Made by a program: the position numbers and the translations under genes. DNA of 59,588 nt, from positions 1 through 59,588 of the forward strand of contig JBEKFB010000001.1 of NCBI GenBank assembly GCA_050013535.1. Reading direction: 5' to 3'. This DNA is from Bryobacteraceae bacterium. Its GTDB lineage: Bacteria; Acidobacteriota; Terriglobia; Bryobacterales; Bryobacteraceae. The notes under the pieces were generated by a model. That model saw only the letters and a list, made by a program, of their open reading frames with translations, did not search any database and was not told where the DNA came from. Positions 17,413-25,302 of this stretch are shown one piece after another. Each line of letters begins with the position of its first letter. Position 1 is the stretch's first letter.

Positions 17413-17948
17413 TTGATGCCTTCAAGATTGAGGCTCATGAGGCTGCCGTTTTCTTTGTCCAGGTGAGGCAGGTACGCCTGTGAGTAGTCGTCGATTGTTG
17501 CGTGTTCGGTGGTTCTCCAGTCCCATGGACGAACGTGGCGGAAGCCGGTCTTCTTGAGAAGGCATGTGAGGAACGCCTCGTCAAATACGATCTTATGGAA
17601 GTCCGCGCAATTGCGCTGCCCTCCGCAAACCAGACCAACAAGGCCACTGTAGCCGTCTTTCAGACCTTCGCTGTCATACATGTGGCACACGGCAGCAAAA
17701 TCGGGCACCGCCAAACGCAGGATCCCTCCCGGTCTTAGTACGCGATGCCATTCTGCCAGGACGTTGCGGACTTCATGCCGCCCGTAATGCTCCAGCAGAT
17801 GACAAGCATAGATCAGATCGACCGTGTTGTTCTCTATGAAATCGAGCCGCTCCGCGGGATTCACGTGGTCGACGTGAGGAAAGGGCTCGATGTCGACGTG
17901 AACGAATCCAGGTATGTGCTTCCTGCCGCAACCGAGATGAAGATTCAT
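17409..17948 (-). CDS. class I SAM-dependent methyltransferase
   Basis: LHLGCG...VDLIYACHLLEH...VLRPGGILRLAVPDF. Start set to the ATG at 17948, which forms an ATGA overlap with the upstream stop. The ORF-track start at 18041 looks like an extension. Confidence 0.8.
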   Translation of the reverse strand: MNLHLGCGRKHIPGFVHVDIEPFPHVDHVNPAERLDFIENNTVDLIYACHLLEHYGRHEVRNVLAEWHRVLRPGGILRLAVPDFAAVCHMYDSEGLKDGYSGLVGLVCGGQRNCADFHKIVFDEAFLTCLLKKTGFRHVRPWDWRTTEHATIDDYSQAYLPHLDKENGSLMSLNLEGIK

Positions 17949-20068
17949 TGGTTGATCTCCTGTTGTTTGCCCGTGCACCATGCAATCCACATCTGGCGGA
18001 GGGCCTGCCCAAAATGATCGGCGAGGCCGGGGCCGTCGCACAGTGGTGACGCGGCCAGTCGCGGCCGCAGTTCAGTCCGCAGGTAAGCCCGCCGCGCCGC
18101 GTCGTCAGCGAGGCCGGCGGCGATGCGCACGTAGTCATCGGTGTCCCGGGCGACGAGTTCCTCAAGACCCACCGAACTCAGCAGGCTCGCGCTCATCCGG
18201 CTGACCATTCGCTCGCCGCGCAGCGTTACTACCGGGACTCCCATCCACAGCGCCTCCGCGGTGGTGGTGCCGCCGGAATATGGCGTTGTGTCCAGGGCAA
18301 TGTCCGCGTGGCCGTACAACTGCAGGTATTCGCGCCGGGTCTGCACCTGGCCCATCAGCGTTACACGCTCGGCGGCCACCCCTGCCTTGCTCAGACGATC
18401 GGCGATGATAGCCTGCTCCCCCGGGCCGGACATGTTCCGGGCTTTCAGGATCAGCTTCGAATCGGGAACTGCTGCAAGCACTTTCGCCCACAACGCGATC
18501 GATTCCGGACCCACTTTCTGCAGCGCGTTGGACGCGATGAACGTGATCGGACCGCTGGCAGTGCTGCGATCGGCTACCGCAGGTGCGTTTGCGGGCGGTT
18601 CATAAATGATCCAGCAGCGGGGAAGCCGCCAGATTCGTTCGCTGGTGAGATGTTGTGTATCAAAAGGATGGAGAACCCAGTCCGTGATCCAGTAGTCCAT
18701 CGTCGGCAGACCCGTTGTGTCGGAATATCCGAGATAAGTAGCCTGCACCGGAGCGGGCTTTCGCAGGAACACGGGAAGGCGATTACCTGAGGTGTGTCCC
18801 GAGAGATCCACCAAAATGTCGATTCCGTCGCCCCGAATGCACTCGGCAAGTTGGTCGTCTTTCAGTGTCAGGCATGGGCGCCATTCATCGGCCAGCGCGC
18901 GGAGCTGTTCTGTGGCGAAGTCGCTGTAGGAGGAGTTGTAGTAGCACACGACGGAGAAGTGTTCGCGATTCAGTCCGCGCAGGATCGGCGCAATAAAGAA
19001 ACGGACGGGGTGGTCGTAGAAATCGCCTGACACAAACCCAATGCGCAGTTTTCGTGCCGGGTCCTGGTGCTCCGCCGAGTGCTCGAACACGCGAACGCCC
19101 GCGCCGTGCATCAGCGCCCATCCCTTATGAGCGTCGAGAATTTCCCGGTGTGACGCCGCGCCTCCCGCGGAGAGAGTGAACAAAAGGCCGGAGTGGGTGC
19201 CCTGACGATGGGGCTCGCGCTGCAAAGCACGAACGTACCAGCCAAGGGACTCTTCCCTTCGGCAGAACTGGGCGGAAATTCCCGCGAACCCGACCATGGC
19301 TTCCACGCACTCGGGGTCCACCGCCAACGCGGCTTCATACTCCTTTAGCGCGTCGCTGAGCGCTCCGAACTTGAGCAACGCCCGGCCGGCGTGGCAATGG
19401 GCAAGGGTCAGCTTTGGGTTCAGCCGGATGGAGTGACGCGCGGCATCAAGCGACGCATCGAAGCGATTTCGAAGGTAAAGCGTTTGCGCGAGATCGCAAT
19501 AGATTTCGGCCGTCGGCTGAAGACGGACCGCTTCCATGTATGCGGCCACCGATTCCGCGAGCTTGTGCAATTCCACTGATACGCGGCCAATGCCAACCCA
19601 CGCCATCGCGCAATCGGGTTTGAGTTCAGTGCATTGCCTGTAGAAACGTTCGGCCTGGGCGTAGTCTTTCCGGATCTCCAGCACGCAGCCCAGGTTTTGA
19701 TAAACCTGCCAGTGACGCGGATCGATCTCCATGGCCCGGCTGTAAGCCTGCAACGCTCCCGCGACGTCTTCGTTGTCCTGGCAAGCCGCGCCCAGATCGC
19801 ACCAGTGTGCCGCGCTGCCGGGCATTAACACCGCCGCGCGCCGTAACACGGTAACCGCCTCGGAGTATCGGCAATGGTCCTTCAGGAAACGGCCGAGGGC
19901 GGTGAGGATCTGCGCGTTGGAAGGATAATCGGCAGCCAGCCTCCGCAGCAGGTGCTCCGCATGGGCGTAGCTGCCGCTGCGAATCGCAACCACGGCTTCG
20001 TTCAGGCGGTGCGCGAGGCGATTCGTGTTCGCACGCGGCGGCGCGTGATGAGCGCGTTTGTTCACCAC
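17945..20068 (-). CDS. TPR-repeat protein fused to a GT41 (SPINDLY/O-GlcNAc-transferase-like) glycosyltransferase
   Basis: N-terminal roughly 300 aa are TPR repeats. C-terminus RIGFVSGDFYDHPV...IDILVDLSGHTSGNR...PAPVQATYLGYSDTTG...GTTTAEALWMGVPVVT is the bacterial GT41 pattern. Confidence 0.85.
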   Translation of the reverse strand: MVNKRAHHAPPRANTNRLAHRLNEAVVAIRSGSYAHAEHLLRRLAADYPSNAQILTALGRFLKDHCRYSEAVTVLRRAAVLMPGSAAHWCDLGAACQDNEDVAGALQAYSRAMEIDPRHWQVYQNLGCVLEIRKDYAQAERFYRQCTELKPDCAMAWVGIGRVSVELHKLAESVAAYMEAVRLQPTAEIYCDLAQTLYLRNRFDASLDAARHSIRLNPKLTLAHCHAGRALLKFGALSDALKEYEAALAVDPECVEAMVGFAGISAQFCRREESLGWYVRALQREPHRQGTHSGLLFTLSAGGAASHREILDAHKGWALMHGAGVRVFEHSAEHQDPARKLRIGFVSGDFYDHPVRFFIAPILRGLNREHFSVVCYYNSSYSDFATEQLRALADEWRPCLTLKDDQLAECIRGDGIDILVDLSGHTSGNRLPVFLRKPAPVQATYLGYSDTTGLPTMDYWITDWVLHPFDTQHLTSERIWRLPRCWIIYEPPANAPAVADRSTASGPITFIASNALQKVGPESIALWAKVLAAVPDSKLILKARNMSGPGEQAIIADRLSKAGVAAERVTLMGQVQTRREYLQLYGHADIALDTTPYSGGTTTAEALWMGVPVVTLRGERMVSRMSASLLSSVGLEELVARDTDDYVRIAAGLADDAARRAYLRTELRPRLAASPLCDGPGLADHFGQALRQMWIAWCTGKQQEINQ

Positions 20069-20083
20069 GAGTCGATTAGCAGG

Positions 20084-20398
20084 TCAGCGGCCATCGGGAT
20101 CACCGGCGGAGGCGTCGCAAGTTGTTGCATCGGTGAGCTGTTCCACCGCGCCGCTGTCAGAATCTCGACGCCCCAGCGCGCTCAGCGCTCCAGCCAGACG
20201 CGAGAGCGACAGAGCGTCCGTGACCGCGGCAGCGCGGTTCTGTTCGCGCGTCAGTTCGAGTTCCTTGCGAAAAACGAGAACCTCGCGCGGCGCCATGATA
20301 CCCAGCTTCACGCGGTTCTGGCCCGCTTCGAGGACAACAACTTCGATGTCGCCGCCAATCAGAACGGATTCGCCTGCGCGCCGCCGCACTACGAGCAT
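20084..20398 (-). CDS. csrA: carbon storage regulator CsrA with a long C-terminal tail
   Basis: MLVVRRRAGESVLIGGDIEVVVLE...VKLGIMAPREV.V.R.E matches CsrA. 104 aa against about 60-75 typical. Overlaps fliW by 10 nt. Confidence 0.9.
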   Translation of the reverse strand: MLVVRRRAGESVLIGGDIEVVVLEAGQNRVKLGIMAPREVLVFRKELELTREQNRAAAVTDALSLSRLAGALSALGRRDSDSGAVEQLTDATTCDASAGDPDGR

Positions 20399-20853
20399 GC
20401 CGGCACCGTTTCGGCGCTGAGAAGCGGATGCCGATGACTGTAATTGCAGCTCGGTTGAATGGCCTGTACGGCAACGCAGTTGCGCAGGTTGATCACCAGT
20501 GGCGAGAGCAGATTAGCCGTCATCAAGCGGTCTTCTCCGATCGCGATGATGGCGAGACAGGCGACGTCGTTCCCAACATGGGGCTGCCGCGATGGATCGA
20601 GTCCGAGCACATCCAGATCTTCGCCGGAGATGGACAACCGATAGCCGGCATCGATCGAGAGAATCGGCAGGGCGACAAAACACAGACTGGCCGTGCGCAG
20701 GCTCTGAACAAACACGAGCGGCCGGTTCAGAGGACGGTCGATGAGAATGAATTCGCGTTCCTGCTCAAAGCCCGGCAACCCGTTAGGCAGGCGTATCACG
20801 CTGTCTTCGGTGTAATCCAGAGCTTCGAAGTACCGGGTGCGGCACTCAGGCAT
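20389..20853 (-). CDS. fliW: flagellar assembly factor FliW
   Basis: ...IRLPNGLPGFEQEREFILI...FVQSL...FVALP is the FliW signature. Immediately upstream of csrA. Confidence 0.9.
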   Translation of the reverse strand: MPECRTRYFEALDYTEDSVIRLPNGLPGFEQEREFILIDRPLNRPLVFVQSLRTASLCFVALPILSIDAGYRLSISGEDLDVLGLDPSRQPHVGNDVACLAIIAIGEDRLMTANLLSPLVINLRNCVAVQAIQPSCNYSHRHPLLSAETVPACS

Positions 20854-21751
20854 GTCCGGTAGCCCCTTTCTGCGTGTCTTTCGTGGCTGGCGCCGGATTG
20901 TTTGGGACCTTACCGGTTGGCGGAGCGCCTGTCGCCGCCGCCGGCGGGTGCACCGTCACGGCTTGTTCCGGTTCCGCGCGCATTCCGGCCGGGCTGACGA
21001 GGACAATATCGACGCGCCGATTGCGCGCGCGGCCTTCTTCGGTATCGTTGGTATCCACCGGAGTTGTGTCCGCGTAGCCAACGATGGCCATGCGTTGCCG
21101 ATCGACCCTGAACTTTGTGCTCAACAGTTCCAGCATGGCGATGCTGCGCGCCGCCGAGAGTTCCCAGTTGCTGTGAAATCTGGCCGTATTGATGGGAATC
21201 GAATCGGTGTGGCCTTCGAGGCGCAGCGGGTTGTTGAGCTTGCCAATCACGGTGGCGAGCTTGGCGATGATCGGATACGAGGAAGTCCGGATGGCGTCGT
21301 CGCCGGAGCCGAAGAAGGCGGCTTCCTTCAGGCTTATGACCAGACCGCGAGGCTCCAGACTGATCTGCAATTTGCCCTTATCGATTTCGTTCTTGAGGTC
21401 GAGAGTGAGCACCTTCATGGGGGGCATCAGGTCATCCAGCTTTTTCTCGGGAGGCTTTTTCTCGGGAGGCTTCTTATCGGGCTCCTTGGCCTTTATCGCT
21501 GGCCCCTTCATCGCGTCGTTCCCTTTCCCCTTGTCGTCCACGGTGCCGCCGAGGATCGCCGCGATGGTGGGCATCTTGCCGTCTTCGAGGGCCTTCTCCA
21601 CCGCTTCGGAGACTGCTTTTGCCCGGCCTTTATCGGCCTGCGACGATGCGTACATGACCACGAAAAACGCGAACAGGAGGGTAATGAAATCGGCGTAGGA
21701 GACCAGCCAGCGTTCGTGATTCTCGTGCGCTGGTGGTTTTTTCTTGCGCAT
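20846..21751 (-). CDS. motB: flagellar stator protein MotB (OmpA-like C-terminus)
   Basis: ERWLVSYADFITLLFAFFVVMYA TM/plug region and a C-terminal OmpA/PG-binding domain (GHTDS.P....F.SNWELSAARS). Confidence 0.9.
   Translation of the reverse strand: MRKKKPPAHENHERWLVSYADFITLLFAFFVVMYASSQADKGRAKAVSEAVEKALEDGKMPTIAAILGGTVDDKGKGNDAMKGPAIKAKEPDKKPPEKKPPEKKLDDLMPPMKVLTLDLKNEIDKGKLQISLEPRGLVISLKEAAFFGSGDDAIRTSSYPIIAKLATVIGKLNNPLRLEGHTDSIPINTARFHSNWELSAARSIAMLELLSTKFRVDRQRMAIVGYADTTPVDTNDTEEGRARNRRVDIVLVSPAGMRAEPEQAVTVHPPAAATGAPPTGKVPNNPAPATKDTQKGATGHA
21441..21485 (-). repeat. 15-bp tandem repeat inside motB encoding (PPEKK)n
   Basis: TTTTTCTCGGGAGGC occurs at 21441..21455 and again at 21456..21470, with a degenerate third unit at 21471..21485. 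Translates to PDKK-PPEKK-PPEKK in the MotB periplasmic linker. Confidence 0.9.
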
Positions 21752-21757
21752 CGACGG

Positions 21758-22669
21758 TTATCGCGCGGCGGCGGGCGCCGCGGCAGCGCCCTTGGCTGCA
21801 TCCGCGGCCTTGGCCTCTTTCGGCTTTTTCTTTTTCGCTTCGGCTTCCATTTCTTCGCGCAGGTATGCCTCGAGTTTGCTTCGGATCAGTTTAGGATTCA
21901 GTCCCTCGGCGATGCTGCAGACCCCTTCCAGCATCATTTCCTTCGTGCGAATGGAATCCTGCAGGCGAGCCTTCAGCTTATTGGCGGCGGGCAACATGAT
22001 AATGTTCGCCACGAGCAGGCCGTACACGGTGGCGACGAAAGCCACCGCGATGCCCTTGCCCACTTCTTCGATATTCTCCAGATGCTTCATCACCTGTATG
22101 AGTCCGAGCACCGCGCCAATAATGCCGAGAGTGGGAGAGTATCCGCCAGCGGCTTCGAACACCTTCGCTTCGGCTTCGCCGCTTTGCTCCTCAAGGTGCA
22201 GCTCAAGTTCCATCATGCGTCGCAGATCCTGCAAATCGGTGCCATCCACTGCCAGAGACAGGGCCTTTTTCAGGAACGGATCCCCGATCTTGTCGATGTC
22301 CGACTCCAGCGAGACAATGCCGTTCTTTCTTGCGCGTGTGGCATAGCCGAGGATCTCTTCCACCACATCGGAAGTGGAGCCCGAGCGCTCCAGAAAAACC
22401 AGCGGCAATTTTTTGACAGCGGCAAACAGAAGTGACAAAGGCGTGGTGATCATCACCGCGCCGAAGGTACCGCCAACCACGATCATGCCGGCGGTGAACT
22501 GGAGTATTTCGCCGAGCTTCCCGCCTTCCAGCATCATGCCGCCCAGAATGCCGCCAAAGGCCACGGCGAAGCCGCCTATGGTAGCGAGATCGGGCTTCAT
22601 GCCGCCGGACTTGGCGGCTTTTCCCTTCCCCTTGCCTTCTTCCGGGTTCGCTACTGGTTTCTCGGCCAT
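21758..22669 (-). CDS. motA: flagellar stator protein MotA
   Basis: MotA/TolQ/ExbB channel pattern (...GAVLGLIQVM...GIAVAFVATVYGLLVAN). Start uncertain (alternative ATG at 22600). Lys/Ala-rich C-terminal tail. Confidence 0.9.
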   Translation of the reverse strand: MAEKPVANPEEGKGKGKAAKSGGMKPDLATIGGFAVAFGGILGGMMLEGGKLGEILQFTAGMIVVGGTFGAVMITTPLSLLFAAVKKLPLVFLERSGSTSDVVEEILGYATRARKNGIVSLESDIDKIGDPFLKKALSLAVDGTDLQDLRRMMELELHLEEQSGEAEAKVFEAAGGYSPTLGIIGAVLGLIQVMKHLENIEEVGKGIAVAFVATVYGLLVANIIMLPAANKLKARLQDSIRTKEMMLEGVCSIAEGLNPKLIRSKLEAYLREEMEAEAKKKKPKEAKAADAAKGAAAAPAAAR

Positions 22670-22923
22670 TCGTAGTCCGCGGAGCTCACAGCCGCGGCGC
22701 CGGCGTCCGCCTCGCTCCTGTTTTCCAATGCTTTCAGAGGGTCGCTATGGATGGCCCGCCGGAACGCCACCACGCGATCCACCACCTGATCCGGCGTCTC
22801 CAGCACCATGAATTTCTGCCCGGTGGTGAGGGCGATGACGGTGTCGGGCGTGGTTTCAATATGCTCGATCAGGTCGGAGTTGACCACCAGCGGAACGCGG
22901 TTCAGGCGTGTCAGACGGATCAT
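22651..22923 (-). CDS. flbD: flagellar protein FlbD
   Basis: MIRLTRLNRVPLVVNSDLIEHIETTPDTVIALTTGQKFMVLE is the FlbD family signature. Sits upstream of motAB as in spirochaetes and Firmicutes. Confidence 0.85.
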   Translation of the reverse strand: MIRLTRLNRVPLVVNSDLIEHIETTPDTVIALTTGQKFMVLETPDQVVDRVVAFRRAIHSDPLKALENRSEADAGAAAVSSADYEWPRNQ

Positions 22924-23026
22924 GAGTGTCTTGCCGAGGCCGGGTTGTCGCCGGCGTGTCGCGGTTGCTTACAGCACCTGGCTCGCCATTCGGCGCGAGG
23001 CGGCAAGGTTGACCTGCGCACCGGCG

Positions 23027-23042
23027 TGGCCTGCCGATTGCA
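23027..23042 (+). promoter_or_regulatory. candidate sigma-54 promoter (TGGCCTGCCGATTGCA) for fliM
   Basis: TGGC-N7-TTGCA with exact GG-N10-GC spacing. The -12 element ends 18 nt before the fliM GTG. Confidence 0.5.
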
Positions 23043-23060
23043 GGTCAGCATGAGAACACC

Positions 23061-24017
23061 GTGAAACGACAACTCTCCCAGCAGGAAATCGACGCCGTAT
23101 TTCAGAACACTCTTCCGGATGGCGCAGGCGACGCCGCCCGCCAGAAGGTCAATGTCTTCGATTTCCGCCGGCCGGACCGCATCGCCAAGTCGCAACTCCG
23201 CGCCATTTACCTGCTCCATGAAAACTTCGTCCGCAGCATTGTCTCGAGCCTTTCCGCCTATCTGCGTACGTACCTTGTGGTGAACCTGGTGAGCGTGGAA
23301 CAGTTGTCCTACGCCGAGTTTCTGGAGGGACTTCCATCGCCCACCTGTATGGCTTCGCTCGGTCTGAAGCCGTACGAAGGGAACGCGGTGCTGGAGCTCA
23401 ACCCGACGCTGGTATTCCCGATTCTCGAGATTCTGCTGGGCGGCACCGGCAAGGTCTCCACCAGCATCCAGCGCGAAGTGACGGAGATCGAGCAAAACCT
23501 CATGGACGGGCTGCTGCGCATCGTGCTGCATGACCTTCGCGAGGCCTGGAAGACCGTCACGAACATCGATTTCACCATTCAATCGGTGGACACCGAACCG
23601 CAGTTCCTGCAGGTGATGGCGCCGAACGAGGCGGTCGTCGCCGTCGGCATTGAAATGCGCATCGGCGAAAGCGCGGGCCTGATGAACATCGCCATGCCCT
23701 CGCTGATGATTAAAATGATGCGCCAGAAGTTCGACCAGCAATGGTCTGTGCGCAAGGCGGAATCGACGCCGGATGAACAGGGGCGCGTTCTGGAATTGAT
23801 CAAGCCGTCGCGAGTGGAGGTGGACGTGCGTTTGCCCGCTCAAAACATCCATGCGCGCGATCTGGTGGCTCTGCGGGCGGGAGATGTGCTTGCGTTCGAT
23901 CTTCCGGTGGATCACGCCGTGGACATAATTCTCAACGGACGGCCCCAGTTCCGCGGACAGCTCGTGGACAGCGCGAAAAAGCGAGCCGCAATGCTGGACG
24001 GACTGGCGGCCGGCTGA
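23061..24017 (+). CDS. fliM: flagellar motor switch protein FliM
   Basis: GTG start. N-terminal LSQQEIDAVF (CheY-P binding motif) and FDFRRPDRIAKSQLRAIYLLHENF. Only plus-strand flagellar gene in a 20-kb stretch. Confidence 0.93.
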   Translation: MKRQLSQQEIDAVFQNTLPDGAGDAARQKVNVFDFRRPDRIAKSQLRAIYLLHENFVRSIVSSLSAYLRTYLVVNLVSVEQLSYAEFLEGLPSPTCMASLGLKPYEGNAVLELNPTLVFPILEILLGGTGKVSTSIQREVTEIEQNLMDGLLRIVLHDLREAWKTVTNIDFTIQSVDTEPQFLQVMAPNEAVVAVGIEMRIGESAGLMNIAMPSLMIKMMRQKFDQQWSVRKAESTPDEQGRVLELIKPSRVEVDVRLPAQNIHARDLVALRAGDVLAFDLPVDHAVDIILNGRPQFRGQLVDSAKKRAAMLDGLAAG

Positions 24018-24030
24018 GGCGCCGCGGATT

Positions 24031-24390
24031 TCAGCGGGTTCCAACATGCCGCAGATGGCGCAGCAGGTCCATCGGCGCCTTCATTCGCTGGATCTGCCAG
24101 TCCCCGTTTTCGCTGCGCAAAAGGCGCAGATTGATCACCACGCTCTCCAGCAGTTCGCGGCGCTCGTCTTCCAGGACCGATAGCGGATGTTCGATCTGGC
24201 AGCGCGCAGCCGCCTGTTCCAGCTCTGCTTCAAACTGCCCATAATCGGCGTGATTCCATGCATCCAGAATTCGTCCCGCGTATTGTGCGGCGCTCATTTC
24301 TCGAGTGGCTCCTGACATTCGTATCGCGGAGCGCGGGGTGGATTTTCGCTGAAATGACACTGAGGCTTCCCGGGCGGTTTCGCTGATCAT
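24031..24390 (-). CDS. hypothetical protein translationally coupled to flgL
   Basis: 119 aa with an ATGA start/stop overlap with flgL (24387..24390). No family recognised. Confidence 0.5.
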   Translation of the reverse strand: MISETAREASVSFQRKSTPRSAIRMSGATREMSAAQYAGRILDAWNHADYGQFEAELEQAAARCQIEHPLSVLEDERRELLESVVINLRLLRSENGDWQIQRMKAPMDLLRHLRHVGTR

Positions 24391-25283
24391 CCCATGAAAT
24401 CGAATAAGGTCTTCGTAGGAATATTCGCCTGGGCGGAGATGGCCGCCTCGTAGGCGGTTTGATCCAGCGTGAGCTGCGTGGACGCGGCGGCGATGTCTGT
24501 GTCCCGGAGTCCGCTTAACTGCGATTTCAGCGTGGTCAGCAGTTGCGACGCGTTGGTGGTGGCGTTGTTGATCCAGTCCTCGCTCGCGCCGACAGTCTGC
24601 GCCCCGAGGTTCAACTGGGTGTCGGCCGTGCTGAGCGAGGTGGCCGCGGTGGTTACACCGGCCTGATCATTGTTCTGCAGGGCCACGCGAAGCGAGTCCA
24701 CAGCCTGAAGAAGGCTACCCGAGGGCGAGTCGAAAATTTGCTGCGCCGTGGGGATGGGAACGATGGTGTTCCCGTCTGCATCGGTGATGACTCCCGTGTT
24801 TGTTGGGTTGGCGACCCCGGCCACCGGCGGGTTGGTTCCGTCAAATGTATACGGAGGAATGGACTGGTTATCGCCGCCAAAAATGTAGTTGCCCTGCACC
24901 GTCGTGTCGGCGATGGAGACAAGCTGCTGCTCGAGTTCCTCCACCTGCTGCGCCAGCGAAGTGCGCGTCGTCGCGGAGGTGGTGCTGGTGGCGCCCTGGG
25001 CCGCGATGGTGGTCAGTTGATTGACGATACTGTTGGCCGTCTGCAGCGCGCTGTCGGCGGTGTTGGCCACGGCATTCGCGGTGCTCAGGTTGGTTTGCAC
25101 CTGGGTCACGCGATCGATGGCCGACTGCAGGCTCAGAATGGGACCCACCGCAGCCGGGTTGTCGGACGCCTGATTGACGTCGATCCCGGAGCTGATCTGC
25201 TGGGTGGTCACGTTGATCTGGTTTTCGATGTTGTTCAGATTCGTGACGAATGTGTAATTGTCCGCGCCGATTCCCTTAAGCAT
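24387..25283 (-). CDS. flgL: flagellar hook-filament junction protein FlgL
   Basis: Flagellin-like N-terminus (...ISSGIDVNQASDNPAAV...) and C-terminus; 298 aa; follows flgK. Confidence 0.85.
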   Translation of the reverse strand: MLKGIGADNYTFVTNLNNIENQINVTTQQISSGIDVNQASDNPAAVGPILSLQSAIDRVTQVQTNLSTANAVANTADSALQTANSIVNQLTTIAAQGATSTTSATTRTSLAQQVEELEQQLVSIADTTVQGNYIFGGDNQSIPPYTFDGTNPPVAGVANPTNTGVITDADGNTIVPIPTAQQIFDSPSGSLLQAVDSLRVALQNNDQAGVTTAATSLSTADTQLNLGAQTVGASEDWINNATTNASQLLTTLKSQLSGLRDTDIAAASTQLTLDQTAYEAAISAQANIPTKTLFDFMG

Positions 25284-25302
25284 CGGTCACCTTCCCGCCA
25301 TC

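Noticed and set aside
21441-21485. Tandem repeat as a possible CRISPR or minisatellite
   Set aside because: The units are contiguous with no spacers, lie in-frame inside motB, and number only about three. This is a coding repeat, not an array.
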